A stretch of 64,000 nucleotides of DNA from Octopus vulgaris (lineage: Eukaryota), in NCBI GenBank assembly GCA_951406725.2, contig OX597820.1, positions 48,484,001 through 48,548,000 of the forward strand, written 5' to 3'. Below the pieces are notes generated by a model. The model was not told the DNA's origin. It saw nothing but the letters and a program-made list of their open reading frames with translations, and searched no databases. Positions 43,975-57,286 of this stretch are shown here, in pieces. The position numbers were made by a program, and so were the translations under genes. How positions within the stretch are numbered: the stretch's first letter is position 1; each line of letters starts with the position of its first letter.

Positions 43975-45070
43975 CATTCCAGATGGTTTTGAGAATTTTT
44001 CAAAAATGACAACTATTAATTTCAAAGAAGTGCAAAACACTAGTCTCCTTAAAGGTAGGATCCTCTGACTTCAATGCACTTGAATCGCTCCAGCCACTTT
44101 CCTAATGTTCCGATGGATCCCCAAATAAGTCCTAGAAAGTGTAGGTGGTCAGTACATCTTGATGTCATTTACCTTCCCAATGTTTTTAAAACGACTACCT
44201 TTGAGGTTTTCCTTAAGCTTGGAGATGAACCAAAATTCACAGAAAGCTAGGTGCTGACTGTAAGGAGGGCGAAGATGCTCACCTCTGTCAAGTAGGAAGG
44301 AATTTTTGATTGGTGTATTGTCCTGATGCAAATGCTACCAAAATCTGAACTTTTGCGACGAAATCACATCCTGACCCCTTCAAGACTTCCACAATATACA
44401 CTTTGATGTCTATCTGGCTGTCAAAATAGGGATTACCAAGAGCTTTAGGTAGAATTGCTTTCCCTGGCCCACTTCTGTCTAGGAGAGCCAGAATACTTAC
44501 ATTGAACACTCTATCTTCTGGTATCTGTATCATAAAAGCTTTCTTCACAGGTTACCAGAATCTCAAGTACTGTTGGATTGGAGTTAATAAGCTCAATATC
44601 ATCAACACGTTTTTCATTCTGTTCATCATTGAGCATCCTGTTTACATATTTTCTTTATAGACACACGGCAGCCTTTATAATGGAAATTGCAAATTTTCTC
44701 AACAAGCTCGGATATTCTGATGTTCCACTTCCTCTCACACCTCTCATCGATCTTACCTCTACTCCTCATACTTGAACCTTCTGTGCCAGCAGATTAACTG
44801 ATGCTCGGCTCAGGCAAATTAATCCATAAGGAGAATTTCATACGTTTCTGTAGCGTTTTTGTCCTGTTTAACAAAACTTTATTGCTTCCAGTTCTCATCA
44901 CGACCCGACTGCATTTTACAAATTATTCATCTGTGACAAGCAATGTTGTGTAGGACGCGTTCAAAATGCTGTCACAGTTACTTGCTTCAATATGGAACAG
45001 AAGTGTTGGTAGATCGGTTTATTAGATACAAAATAACGATATACAAAAATTCTTCAGGTATACACCTCCT
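43975..45070 (-). mobile_element. mariner transposase pseudogene
   Basis: ORF 44149-44331 HQDNTP...PPYSQHLAFCEFWFISKLKENLKGSRF matches HDNA / PPYSPDLAPCDFWLFPKLK; N-terminal AIKFC..KNATETYEIL near 44830-44890. Confidence 0.85.
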
Positions 45071-46045
45071 CCCCGGCAAAAGACTAAACATATATATTTT
45101 TAAAAAGTATTTCTTTACTTAATGTCTAGCTACATCTTACTATATTGTAGTTTTATGCATTTGTATCTTCATTTCACAATATTTTGCTAGAAACTTTTGT
45201 CTTTCATGGTCATTCCTCTCAATTATCTCCAGATCATTATATCCTACCCTATTTCGTTTTAAGTAAATAGAACATTAGCATAACACTTAATTTGCTGGAA
45301 ACTGGCCGCTATATCAGGCTTCAAGACTGTAATACTGAATAGAACAAGATGGCAGATCCCATTGATTATGAATTTCAATTCTTTCAACTGCATAAGATAC
45401 GCAGCTAACAATGTCATTTCATTGATACATCTCGTAACATTTGGCGGCATTTTAGTCATAAACTAAATTCTAACAGAACCTTTCAGATTTAACAGCCATA
45501 ACTGCCCAAAGACCTATAAGCTAACTTTTATGTTTAGAACGTTATTGTTGCATATGATGTATCTTATAGCCAGACTAATTCGATAAAATAACTATTTTAT
45601 CGTTGGGATTTCGGATGAAACGACACAAATATTGCGCTGTAAATAAATTACGATTCAGAAATTTCTCCAATCTTATACGGTATTTTGATATCATAAACTT
45701 ATAACAAGATAGTTTCATTTTTCTAAATGTTCTCTCTATTATCACAAGACATCGGCTTCCGCCATATACGTTGCAAACAAACACGACCATATACACGTGC
45801 GCACACGCACACACAAACACACACACAGGGATCCGTGCACATACTAAAACACAACTGTACATACACAATCACAGATATATATTCATACTCATATGCAGGA
45901 ACATATACACAGCTAAATATGCAGGTGTACATATATACCACTATATGCGTTTTTCTGCGCTTGCGAGTGTGTATATTTGTGGGTGAGAATGTTATATAAA
46001 TATGTTTGTATATCTATCTTTCTATCTATCTATCTTGCTAGCTAG

Positions 46046-46084
<39 letters not shown>

Positions 46085-46159
46085 CACACACGCATATACA
46101 TTTGTATTTACGTATGTATGTATGTATGTATGTATGTATGCATGAATGTATGCATAATC

Positions 46160-46340
46160 ATAGTCTTTGCTACTCTAGGCACAAGGCCCGAAATTTTGGA
46201 GAAGGTACCAGTCGATTAGATCGACCCCAGTACACAACTGGTACTTAATTTATCAACCTTGAAAGGATGAAAGGCAAAGTGGACCTCGGTGGAATTTGTA
46301 CTCAGAACGTACAACCTTTCAGCGAGCTCGCCACCTTATC
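46160..46340 (-). mobile_element. SINE family A (internally deleted head)
   Basis: ctactctaggcacaaggcccgaaatttt...gaaaggatgaaaggcaaagtggacctcgg...agctcgccacctt. Confidence 0.88.
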
Positions 46341-46900
46341 AGGCTTACACATTGATGCTTACATTTATGAGAAGCATGTGTTCCTCCATTGTGAGTTTGA
46401 ACTGGTCTTGTAAAGTTATTTGCTGCTTCTTTAGATAATGAGGGCAAATGAATTATTTTCACGTCCTGATGAGCGAAGCCGTGATTTTTAATGCAGTGTA
46501 TGATATGTTGAGGACTTGCGTTTACCAAGTTGATGCACATCGTAGAGGCTGCAACAATTTTAGTGGTATACCCTTTATGTTTAGCATTGTGAGGATTATG
46601 ATAGCATATTTTTTTAAAGTGCAGTAATTTTGTCTCTGTGAAGTTGAAACATACAAGAGTACCATGACAGATTTGTCGGATGATTTTGAGGTTATCTGCT
46701 GGTATAATTAGTAAGTATTTCGTATGAGGTTTTTCGGTTACATGACAATGACGCGTTGGTACGGAAGGTTAGGGGATGAAAGAATAGTAGTCAGTATTAT
46801 CTACGTAAGCATTGGCGAGTCCCTCTCTGTAGGTCGTCTGTTATACTGACGTAATTATTTTGGTGTACCACCGTTGGATTGTCTCGACCTCAGCCATATA
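46340..46900 (-). mobile_element. Possible RTE-type RT remnant
   Basis: MCINLVNASPQHIIHCIKNHGFAHQDVKIIHL loosely matches FIDL.KA.D......L..YG.P..LV.II; very decayed. Confidence 0.35.
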
Positions 46901-47018
46901 GAACAAATAGTCTACGCAATTGACAACAAATGTTTTTCACAGGACCAGCATGATATTTGTTTTCTTTAACCTGACAGACACCAGCATTCCGTTGTCATTT
47001 TAATTATATGCATTCCGT

Positions 47019-47190
47019 AAGGCGGAGTGCTGGCCGAATCGCTAGAACGCCGAGAAAAATACTTTGCGGCATTTCGTCTGTCCTTTCGTTATGAGCTCAA
47101 ATTCTGCCGAGGTCGACTTTCGGAGTCGATAAAAAATGACTTATCCCCATTCCCGAAATTGCTGGCCCCGTGCCAAAATTTTAAATCAAT
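47019..47190 (+). mobile_element. SINE family A (internally deleted)
   Basis: aaggcggagtgctggccgaatc...gagctcaaattctgccgaggtcgactttcggagtcgataaa. Confidence 0.82.
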
Positions 47191-48437
47191 TATATGTATT
47201 CTATGCTCATGAAATGAAGTATCATCACTCTGGAGGTTTTGCATGTTACGCACCGCGTGAAACTCTGATTCCAATTAACTTTTAGTTGGAATCTGTTTGT
47301 CGAATGATAGTGGAGGGTGCACGTTATTTTCTTCTTGATCAAGGCAACACATCTATTGTCTTCAGATCTATTTTTAATGTTTGCGCTCCCATCAGGCCAC
47401 GTACTACATGTGAAATATTTGTATCGTCAGCAGCGTGGCTGACAATATGATTAAGGCCATGTCTCAGAGAGCTAACTAATCAGTCGAGGTGAGACAGTGT
47501 CACGTGACAACTTGCTGGGGCTGCCTGCTGGAGTTTAGCGGCAGGTATTTAAAGGAAAAAATTTGATAAGTCAGTCAGTCACCGGCTGACACTTGCTGAC
47601 GGTACATCGAAGAGGCCAGGGAACAGAAGAAAGAAGACACCTCCCAAGGATGGGGAGGGGGGACCTCAAAACGGTAGAGGAGTAGGGGCCGTATCCTGAC
47701 GTAGTTGTTCCTGATGATGTCTTGAGCTAACTGGATCCTATAAAGGAGCTGTTGTGGTAGCAGACCACGAAACACGGTTGTAATTCCCCTAGTTACTCCA
47801 TACAGCTTCAGGAAGACTCGGTGTTTCCTTGGAGAGCATTCTGTCAGCTTCAACTATCCGACTCATGCCTTTTAAAATGTTATACAGTTACGCTGTTCTA
47901 TTTTTCTAACAACACCATGGTCATGTGCTTTGTGACATCAATTCGTAATCGAAGGCCTTTCCAAAGCCGAAACATATAACTAAATTTAAATGATTGAGGT
48001 GGAGTTTCAGTACGCAGTTGCAATGTTAGAGTAAGAGCATTAGGTAGCCCCTTCTTGAACGGAAGCCCTATTGCGTGACAGTGAGCATGTCACGTGCCAC
48101 TAGGAACGTGATTATACAAGTATATATATGTATATGTGTGTGTGTATGTATATGTATATGTATGTATGTATATAATACTTAATGGCATGGCAATCTTTAT
48201 ATCCTATTAAACGTGGATGTATTGTTCGAACGCCGTATAACTGTGTTGTTTCATCTTGAGAAATCCTTTCATATAGATATTTGATGCTAAGAAGCATACC
48301 ATTATTAATGGCAGACGAGAATTGTCTGTCACCGGTTGTGGGATTGATAGATCATGCGATTTCAGCGTGTTTGTGTATCATCATCAACAAGAATCCTATA
48401 ACTGTAGTATGTCTGCCAAATCTCGCTGCCAGCGATA

Positions 48438-48655
48438 TAGAGGGTGGCCCAAAAGTAGGTTTACAGTTATTCAACTATCTCTTTCGCTTTTACATAATAA
48501 CAGCTTAGATTTTAATTACAAAAACAAATGAAATTACTATTCTGTGCTAATTTAGTTAATTGTAAGAAAGAAATTTAAACGTAACAAAATGTTTAAATAA
48601 AAATTTAAAGTGCCCACGTGATAACTGTAAACCTACTTCTGGGTCACCCTGGATA
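48438..48655. mobile_element. Tc1/mariner-derived MITE (~215 bp)
   Basis: TIRs agggtggcccaaaagtaggtttacagttat / ataactgtaaacctacttctgggtcaccct (~30 bp, 2 mismatches). Confidence 0.85.
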
Positions 48656-49914
48656 CAAAACTATAGAATATTCAGTCTTTGGGGTTCAAAATAACCATCC
48701 GAATATATAAAACCTGAATATTAGCGACGGAGACTGTACTGATACCGAATAGAAATCATTATATAGTCCATCATGCTGCTGTACTATTAGAACAGCGTAT
48801 TATTGCTGTATAAAATACTTTCATACAGACGTTTGATACCAAGAATCACGGAAATATCGGTGGCAGATGAGTATCGTCTACCATCGGTGGTGCAACTGTT
48901 AGATCACATGATAGAAGACGGTAGTTGCCCACGTGATGGTTATTTTAGGTGAACGTGGTAGCAATAGTATGGAATGATATTGTTCCAAGGCAAAAATCTT
49001 TTGATGATGATGATGATGGTGATGGTGTTGCTGGAGATGAGAACGATAAAGAGAAGAGCGATAAAGTATGTGAAGGTGGTAGGTATGGAGGTGAGAGAAA
49101 AAGACTATTGCATTTCCTTTCAGCTGCAATTTGGCTCCTTCTAAGCAGCCCTCTCAACTTTTGACTCTCCTAAATTATTCTAAGACAATTCATCCATGGC
49201 CCTCCCCTTTTAAGACATTAAGGTGTAGTTTGATTGAATTTGGCTTTTATATATAATTATAACCGATATATTAACAACATTGACTCTTTCTTGTTGACTT
49301 ACGTATGCTCGGGTAGATGTTTTAATGTCGGCTAACAGTTCTATATTGAGTATATTAGTATGCAAATCTTAAGTTAACTACTATTTATTGTTAAATCGGA
49401 TTTGCTTGTTTATTACTACCGGTACTAAATTGACTAGTAACTAAAAGCAAACATAGCTAGATATTAAATTATTTGGTTAAATATCGTCATATTTTAAAAT
49501 CGATATTTCATTCTACAATATATATCTGTTCATTGTATTACTAGTAGACTGCAATATATTATATGACATTATAAATTATTCCATTGAAATTTACATTATC
49601 TTATGCTGGCCAGCTATTCCTTATGTTAATAGTGACTATTATTATTCAAGCAATGGAATAACTGAAAATGTAGAAGAACAAACTTCTTGTAGAAATGTCT
49701 GTCATTTCGCTTAAGTCTGTTTTGTAATATTATAGTAGATACATCTGAAATTGAATCATCTTATTTCCTTGAGGACTTTACCACACATTGCATTTAGAAA
49801 TATTATCGTTATATTTGCGGAATATTTACTTCGAATGTAATATATGATATTATAATCGAATGTAGACTAGTTTCCTGTAGCAATTTAGATTCTTTCTTTT
49901 CTTGTTTTTTTATC

Positions 49915-50340
<426 letters not shown>

Positions 50341-50513
50341 CTAGACATGAGTTGTTTTAAAATTTTACATTTCCGTTGCTCGTGATAGATTTTTACTGCT
50401 CAGACAAAACTTTAACCTTTTTTCTACAGCTCTCATTTTGCTTTGCTAATGACCTCTTTGCATAAAGGTAGAATTTATTAGCAACTGTTTCGATGAAAAT
50501 CTATAGACTATAT

Positions 50514-50589
<76 letters not shown>

Positions 50590-51582
50590 GTCCTTGGACG
50601 AAAATTGTATGCACATTTTGCTTTGGCAGTTAATGGCGGCCAAACCGAGGTTAGGATCGAGCAGAAAATTGGCAGGGATACTAAATGCGTGGTGAGGATG
50701 AGACCTGCGATGATTAAAATTCGCAAGCTATAAAGATGTGGTTGCTATGGCAAAAAGAGTGTATTTTCTTTCGATTCTAGGGCCCCAGAGACCCTCTAGG
50801 TTTGTGCGATTGGCTTTTAATGCCCTGCGGCATGCACTGCAGGCTGTTGTGCTTAATAAACATACATTTTGTCGCGTAATTCCGGCTACTAGGAAACGAT
50901 TTTTCATTGTGAAAAAGCCGAGTGCTTTTTGCCCTCATTTCCTTTTTAATCTTTTTATAAAAGTGAAAGGATTTCGTCTATTTATTTCTGCAGTCCACTT
51001 ACGATGGTGATTCAGTTGACCAGGAAAACTATACTTGATGAATATCCAATACCAAACTATCCTAATCTACATATTGAAACTACATTGAACTTTGGCAACC
51101 ATACCTTTACCTATTCTGAGTTGCTTGAAAGGTGGTGTTCCCTTCCCTCTCTTCTGATTGTTGATACAGTTTTTTTTTTACCTTTGATACCGTCATTTCA
51201 CTTTAAGGATTCTTCTTTACCCAGCCATTATGATATTTCGACTGCTGTCCATTGTTTCAAATAGGTTTTAGCATTGTCATTCTAGCCTTTATTAAACACT
51301 CACTTATGATTCGTCCCAAAGAATCAACCTTTAAATAAGAGTTTTGCCTCCACTAGCGAAAACTATACGTATCTTGCAGGAAGCTCGATACCAATGTAAC
51401 TTTATGCAGCATTCGCTGTTAGTTTATGTGCACGCTATGTGGCAGTATAGAATAAAGGGGCTTTTGTTAGCTTTTCTCTCCGAAAGAAATAGCTCCCTTT
51501 GCTGTTGAAAAAAATAAACTCGCAGAGGGGAAGTTTCAACATCTTCCTGATTTTAATTGATTAATATCAATTTCTACCCTTA

Positions 51583-51632
<50 letters not shown>

Positions 51633-51634
<2 letters not shown>

Positions 51635-51827
51635 GAGGGAAACCACTATGTGGACACACTTATGCTAGAAATAGATCTGCTATAAAATAGATCAATTGCT
51701 AGCATAAGGGTGTCCACATAGTGGTTTCCCTCTAATATGGAAATAATACACTTTTACTGAACCTTCAGTATTTTTATATGTGAAATCGATGTTAATTAAA
51801 TTGATATCTAATTTCTCACCCTCATTT

Positions 51828-51830
<3 letters not shown>
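51633..51830 (+). mobile_element. 5'-truncated Penelope-like end with inverted arm, in (TA)n
   Basis: ~36-bp arms tagagggaaaccactatgtggacacacttatgctag / ctagcataagggtgtccacatagtggtttccctcta (1 mismatch) followed by a ~96-nt unpaired tail. Confidence 0.6.
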
Positions 51831-51886
<56 letters not shown>

Positions 51887-51888
51887 TT

Positions 51889-52267
51889 CACTCCTTCGGT
51901 TACGATGAGTAGGGTGTTCCAGTTAATCCGATCAACGGAACAGCCTGCTCGTGAAATTAGTGTGCAAGAGGCTGAGCACTCCACAGACACGCGTACCCTT
52001 AACGTGGTTCTCCGGGAGATTCAGCATGACACAGAGTGTGAAAAGGCTGGCCCTTTGAAATACAGGTACAACTGAAACAGGAATAAAGAGTGAGAGAAAG
52101 TTGTGGTGAAAAGATACAGATGGGTTCACCACCAGCCTCTACCGGAGCCTCATGGAGCTTTAGATGTCTTTGCTTAATAAACACTCACAATGCCTGGTCT
52201 GGGAATCGAAACCGCGATCCTACGGCTCCGAATCCGTTGCCCTAACCACTGGGCCATTGCGCTTCCA
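51889..52267 (-). mobile_element. Full-length SINE family C
   Basis: Homologous over its full length to 12444-12819. Confidence 0.92.
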
Positions 52268-52297
52268 CGCACACACACACACACACACATATATATA

Positions 52298-52347
<50 letters not shown>

Positions 52348-53181
52348 CCTGAATAAACTTACTACTAACTCGAGTCTTCACAATTATATTAAAAAGTAAA
52401 AATATTCAATATTTTATCAATATATTATTTAAAGGTCTATCAAAAATGGTAAAGAGGCGGTATTACTGTATTCCGAAATTCTACTTAAACATGAATATTA
52501 AATTAGACTTAAAAGTCAACTAGCAATTAAAAAACAACTAAAAATATGAGACAAATGGCAATAATTTTAGTCTTTTTTATAACTTATGTAACTAAAGTCA
52601 TTCACAGTCTAGCTATGTATTTTCTATCTCTATACGCATCTTTCCTGCCATTGTCTATCCTTCTAATATATTTACGAGTAAATTTGTTTCAAACGAGGGC
52701 ATTTAAGCCGTAGGACACCGCGCACAATTATGCTTCAGTAAAACACATACATAGATTACTTTTTGTAAAACCACCTTCGTGTAGTTAGATGACATACGAC
52801 GTAATATATTTTCGTGTAATTAACGCAAATTATAAATAACTTCCGTTTAAATTGTACTATATATGCATGATCCTATCACTTAGATTTATTTATCTTGAAT
52901 TTTCAGATTTGCAAGAAATCATTCTATAATCTCTTACTTATCTGCTATAATATTATTTATGACCTCTCAGAGAACATGCATTTACGTGTAGGTATAATTA
53001 AACAAACAATTTTAACTCTAGTCAGCTTATATTTCAAATTACAGTGACATCTCACGTGACTTCTTTTTGTATTACCTGTATCTGTATTTGTATCCTCAAA
53101 CCAACTAATATATATATATATACCGATCGTCTGTAAATAAAACGTAAATCCGAAAGAAGTACACTCTAGATGTTGAGCAGT

Positions 53182-53403
53182 GTATATTGAAAATTGGGAA
53201 GGCTGGTCTATGGGATTACCTTAGGTCTCCCGTCCACAAACGATTTAGCTTTATGGCATATCGTGAGATCCCAAAAGTTGTTGACCCTAGAGGTCTTGGC
53301 CCAACAGGTTTTTGGATCTGGCGATACGCCATAAAACTAAACCCTTCATTGACGGGAAACATAAGATAATACCATAAATCGGCCTTCCCCATTTTTAATA
53401 TAT
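53182..53403. other. Gap-free imperfect inverted repeat (110-bp arms, 2-nt centre)
   Basis: Position p pairs with 106585-p throughout. Manual count: 85/110 Watson-Crick, 6 G-U, 9 A-C (G-U on the minus strand), 10 other mismatches, no indels. Confidence 0.92.
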
Positions 53404-53414
53404 CGAGAATGGGT

Positions 53415-56400
53415 TGGGTTGCTGCAAGTTGTTTGTTAGAGCTGCTAAGGTGAGCTAAAGCTCATAAATGTATATAATGATTTTTCATGGTAGTTTTTTT
53501 AAAGAATCCATTCATAATAAATTTTTTTAAGTAGTGTTGGTTTGCCACGTGGATATAGTTTATAGTTCCATTTATTCTTTTTCTCCATTCATAATTTTAA
53601 ATGACGTTTACTTTCAATGGCGCGTATTCTTTTTTTACATAAGTTATTTCTATGGTAACGTAATTTTGGTTTGATTTTTTTAACGGCTAAGAATTTAATT
53701 TCACTTCATAATTTGAAACTGACTTGTAAGTATGTATTTTATTTATACTTATGTCATATTGTTATTTTTGATATTCTGGTTAATTACGATGTATTTAATG
53801 TTGTTATCATAGGAGTGTTTATGTATATGAGATTGTGTGTGAGTTTTTAGTTGTATAATTTATTTATCTGTTTGAGTGTGGGTGTGTAAATATTGTTGTA
53901 TATATCGAGTTTAGTGAGTATGTATATGCGTATATGTGAGGGAGTATATGTATCTGTTTTATGTGTGTGTGTTTTGCGTGTGTGTGTGTTTGTGTGTGAA
54001 TGTGTATATGGGTTTGTTATTTAGGTTTTGGGATGTATGTGTTAATTTGTCTGTGTGGGGAGGGAGTGGGTTTTGGTGTATATTGAGGTTTATAAGTTAG
54101 TATAGGTATGTGTATAAGTCGTGGGTCTGTGGTTTATGTGTGTGTATTTGTGTGTGAATGTTTAGGTTAGGGGGATTGCTATATAGGTTTGTTATAGAGT
54201 TTAGCAAAGGGAGTTTTTATCGTTATAGGTTTTATGAGTTTTGGTTTATCATGGTTTTTTTTAGGGAATTCGTGGTAATTTGTCTATTTTCGATGTTGGT
54301 TGTTTTATTACATTGTTTCATTCATAATTTTTGAGTGGTGTTCGTTTTGCCACGTGAATATTATTTTTAATTCCATTTATTCCATTTCTCCATTCATTAA
54401 TTTAGAGATGTTCGTTTCTAGAGCGGTTATATTTTTTATACATATGTTAAGTTCCTTGGTAAAGTAATTTTGTTTGGTGTATATGTTGAGGCTTATTTGT
54501 ACTTGTGGGTGTGTGTGAGTGGGGTGGGTGTTTGTATTTGTTATGGGTGTGTGGTTTACGTGTGTGTTTTTGTGTGTGAATGTATAGGTTAAAGGAATTG
54601 CTATATAAGTATGTTATAGTGTTTAGTAAAGGGAGGTTTTATTATTTCTGTTTTGTGAGTTTTAGCTTATCATGGTAGTTTTATAAAAGAATCCATTCAT
54701 AATTTTTGTGTTTATTTGTCTGTGTGGGGTTGAGTGGGTTTTTGGAGTATATGTTGAGGTTTATATGTATGTATTGGTATGTGTAAGTGGTGTGGGTATT
54801 TGTATATGTTGTGGGTGTGTGGTTTACGTGTGTGTATTTGTGTGTGAATGTTTAGGTTAGGGGGATTGTTATATAGGTATGTTATAGAGTTTAGTAAAGG
54901 GAGATTTTATCATTGTATGTTTTTGTGAGTTTTGGTTTATCATGGTAGGTTTGTTAAGGAATTACTCTCACCCATCCGCACGGATGTGAATCTCCGGTGT
55001 ATATGTTGAGGCTTATATGTAGCGCTGTGGAGGCGAACGTCGTTGAAATTGTGAATGAATGGGTGGAGTTGGGAATTGTAACCGGTTGGTGGACTAGCGT
55101 TGCTTGGAATTGTGAGTGGAATAGAGTAGTAGTGAGGTAGGCATCGAGAATATTTTTGGGTTGCTGCAAATTGTTTGTTAGAGCTGCTAAGGTGAGCTGA
55201 AGCTCATAATTGTATATAATGATTTTTCATGGTAGTTTTTTAAAGAATCCATTCATAATAAATTTTTTTAAGTAGTGTTGGTTTGCCACGTGGATATAGT
55301 TTTTAGTTCCATTTATTCTTTTTCTCCATTCATAATTTTAAATGACGTTTACTTTCCATGACGCGTATTCTTTTTTTACATAAGTTATTTCTATGGTAAC
55401 GTAATTTTGGTTTGATTTTTTTAACGGCTAAGAATTTAATTTCACTTTATAATTTGAAACTGAATTGTAAGTATGTATTTTATTTATCCTTATGTCATAT
55501 TGTTATTTTTGATATTCTGGTTAATTACGATGTATTTAATGTTGTTTTCATAGGAGTGTTTATGTATATGAGATTGTGTGTGAGTTTTTAGTTGTATAAT
55601 TTATTTATCTGTATGAGTGTGGGTGTGTAAATATTGTTGTATATATCAAGTTTAGTGAGTATGTATATGCGTATATGTGAGGGAGTATATGTATCTGTTG
55701 TGTGTGTGTGTTTTGCGTGTGTGTGTGTTTGTGTGTGAATGTGTATATGGGTTTGTTATTTAGATTTTGGGATGTATGTGTTAATTTGTTTGTGTGGGGA
55801 GGGAGTGGGTTTTGGTGTATATTGAGGTTTATAAGTTAGTATAGGTATGTGTATAAGTCGTGGGTCTGTGGTTTACGTGTGTGTATTTGTGTGTGAATGT
55901 TTAGGTTAAGGGGATTGCTATATAGACTGTTATAGAGTTTAGCAAAGGGAGATTTTATCGTTATATGTTTTTGAGAGTTTTGGTTTATCATGGTTTTTTT
56001 AGGGAATTCGTGGTAATTTGTCTATTTTCGATGTTGGTTGTTTTATTACATTGTTTCATTCATAATTTTTGAGTGGTGTTCGTTTTGCCACGTGAATATT
56101 ATTATTTTTAATTCCATTTATTCCATTTCTCCATTCATTAATTTAGAGATGTTCGTTTCCAGAGCGGTTATACTTTTTATAGATATGTTAAGTTCCTTGG
56201 TAAAGTAATTTTGTTTGGTGTATATGTTGAGGATTATATGTACTTGTGGGTGGGTGTGAGTGGGGTGGGTGTTTGTATTTGTTATGGGTGTGTGGTTTAC
56301 GTGTGTGTTTTTGTGTGTGAATGTATAGGTTAAAGGAATTGCTATATAAGTATGTTATAGTGTTTAGTAAAGGGAGGTTTTATTATTTCTGTTTTGTGAG

Positions 56401-56865
56401 TTTTAGCTTATCATGGTAGTTTTATAAAAGAATCCATTCATAATTTTTGTGTTTATTTGTCTGTGTGGGGTTGAGTGGGTTTTTGGAGTATATGTTGAGG
56501 TTTATATGTATGTATTGGTATGTGTAAGTGATGTGGGTATTTGTATATGTCGTGGGTGTGTGGTTTACGTGTGTGTATTTGTGTGTGAATATTTAGGTTA
56601 GGGGGATTGCTATATAGGTATGTTATAGAGTTTAGTAAAGGGAGATTTTATCATTATATGTTTTTGTGAGTTTTGGTTTATCATGGTAGGTTTGTTAAGG
56701 AATTCGTAGTAATTTGTGTATATTTGCGATGTCTGTTGTTTTATTGCATTGTTTCATTCATAATTTTTAAGTAGTGTTCGTTTTACCAAGTGAATATAAT
56801 TTTTAATTCCATTTATTCCATTTCTCCGTTCATAATTTTGAGTGATGTCCGTTTTCTAGAGCGTG
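53415..56865. repeat. Hierarchical G/T-rich tandem repeat: ~1.55 kb block duplicated with ~1.74 kb period, itself built from diverged sub-repeats
   Basis: 53415-54963 is nearly identical to 55157-56704 with a ~190-bp unique spacer. Sub-unit ggtttacgtgtgtg...ggttaggggga...tatcatggt recurs near 54130, 54555, 54820, 55870, 56295 and 56560. Sub-unit attcataattttt...ccatttattcc recurs near 53510, 54320, 55255, 56060 and 56755. Confidence 0.95.
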
Positions 56866-57286
56866 AATGTGGGTTGTATGTGTGTGTGTGTGGGAGTATG
56901 AATAAGTATTGTGTTGAAGTATTTAGCTATTTTATTTATTTTTAGTTGCCTAGACGTTTTTATGTGTATGTATAGGGATATATATATAGGTGTGTGATTT
57001 AGTGTATGTAGTTAGATATGGTTATATATAATTAGGTATATGTGTATGGGTGTATATATAGTTTATTATTATATTATTATTATTTTTTTGTTTTGTTTTA
57101 TATTTTATATTTTATATTTAATTGTTGATAGGTTTATTTTAGTTTATATATTGTTTATATATTGATTATATATGGATTATATATAGGTTATATATGGATT
57201 ATATATTTATATTTTTTCATTCATACTTTAATTATTTTAAAATTATTATTTGTATATTTTAAAATATTGATATTTTAGATTGAAGT

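Noticed and set aside
47700-47790. HHR at ctgatga (47711)...gaaac (47769)
   Set aside because: No convincing stem I. The 47390-47860 region may be an LTR/pseudo-LTR fragment but could not be assigned.
53415-56865. Mitochondrial insertion (NUMT) or CRISPR-like array
   Set aside because: No mitochondrial gene, rRNA or tRNA motif recognised despite the skew; repeats are long and nested, with no repeat-spacer pattern.
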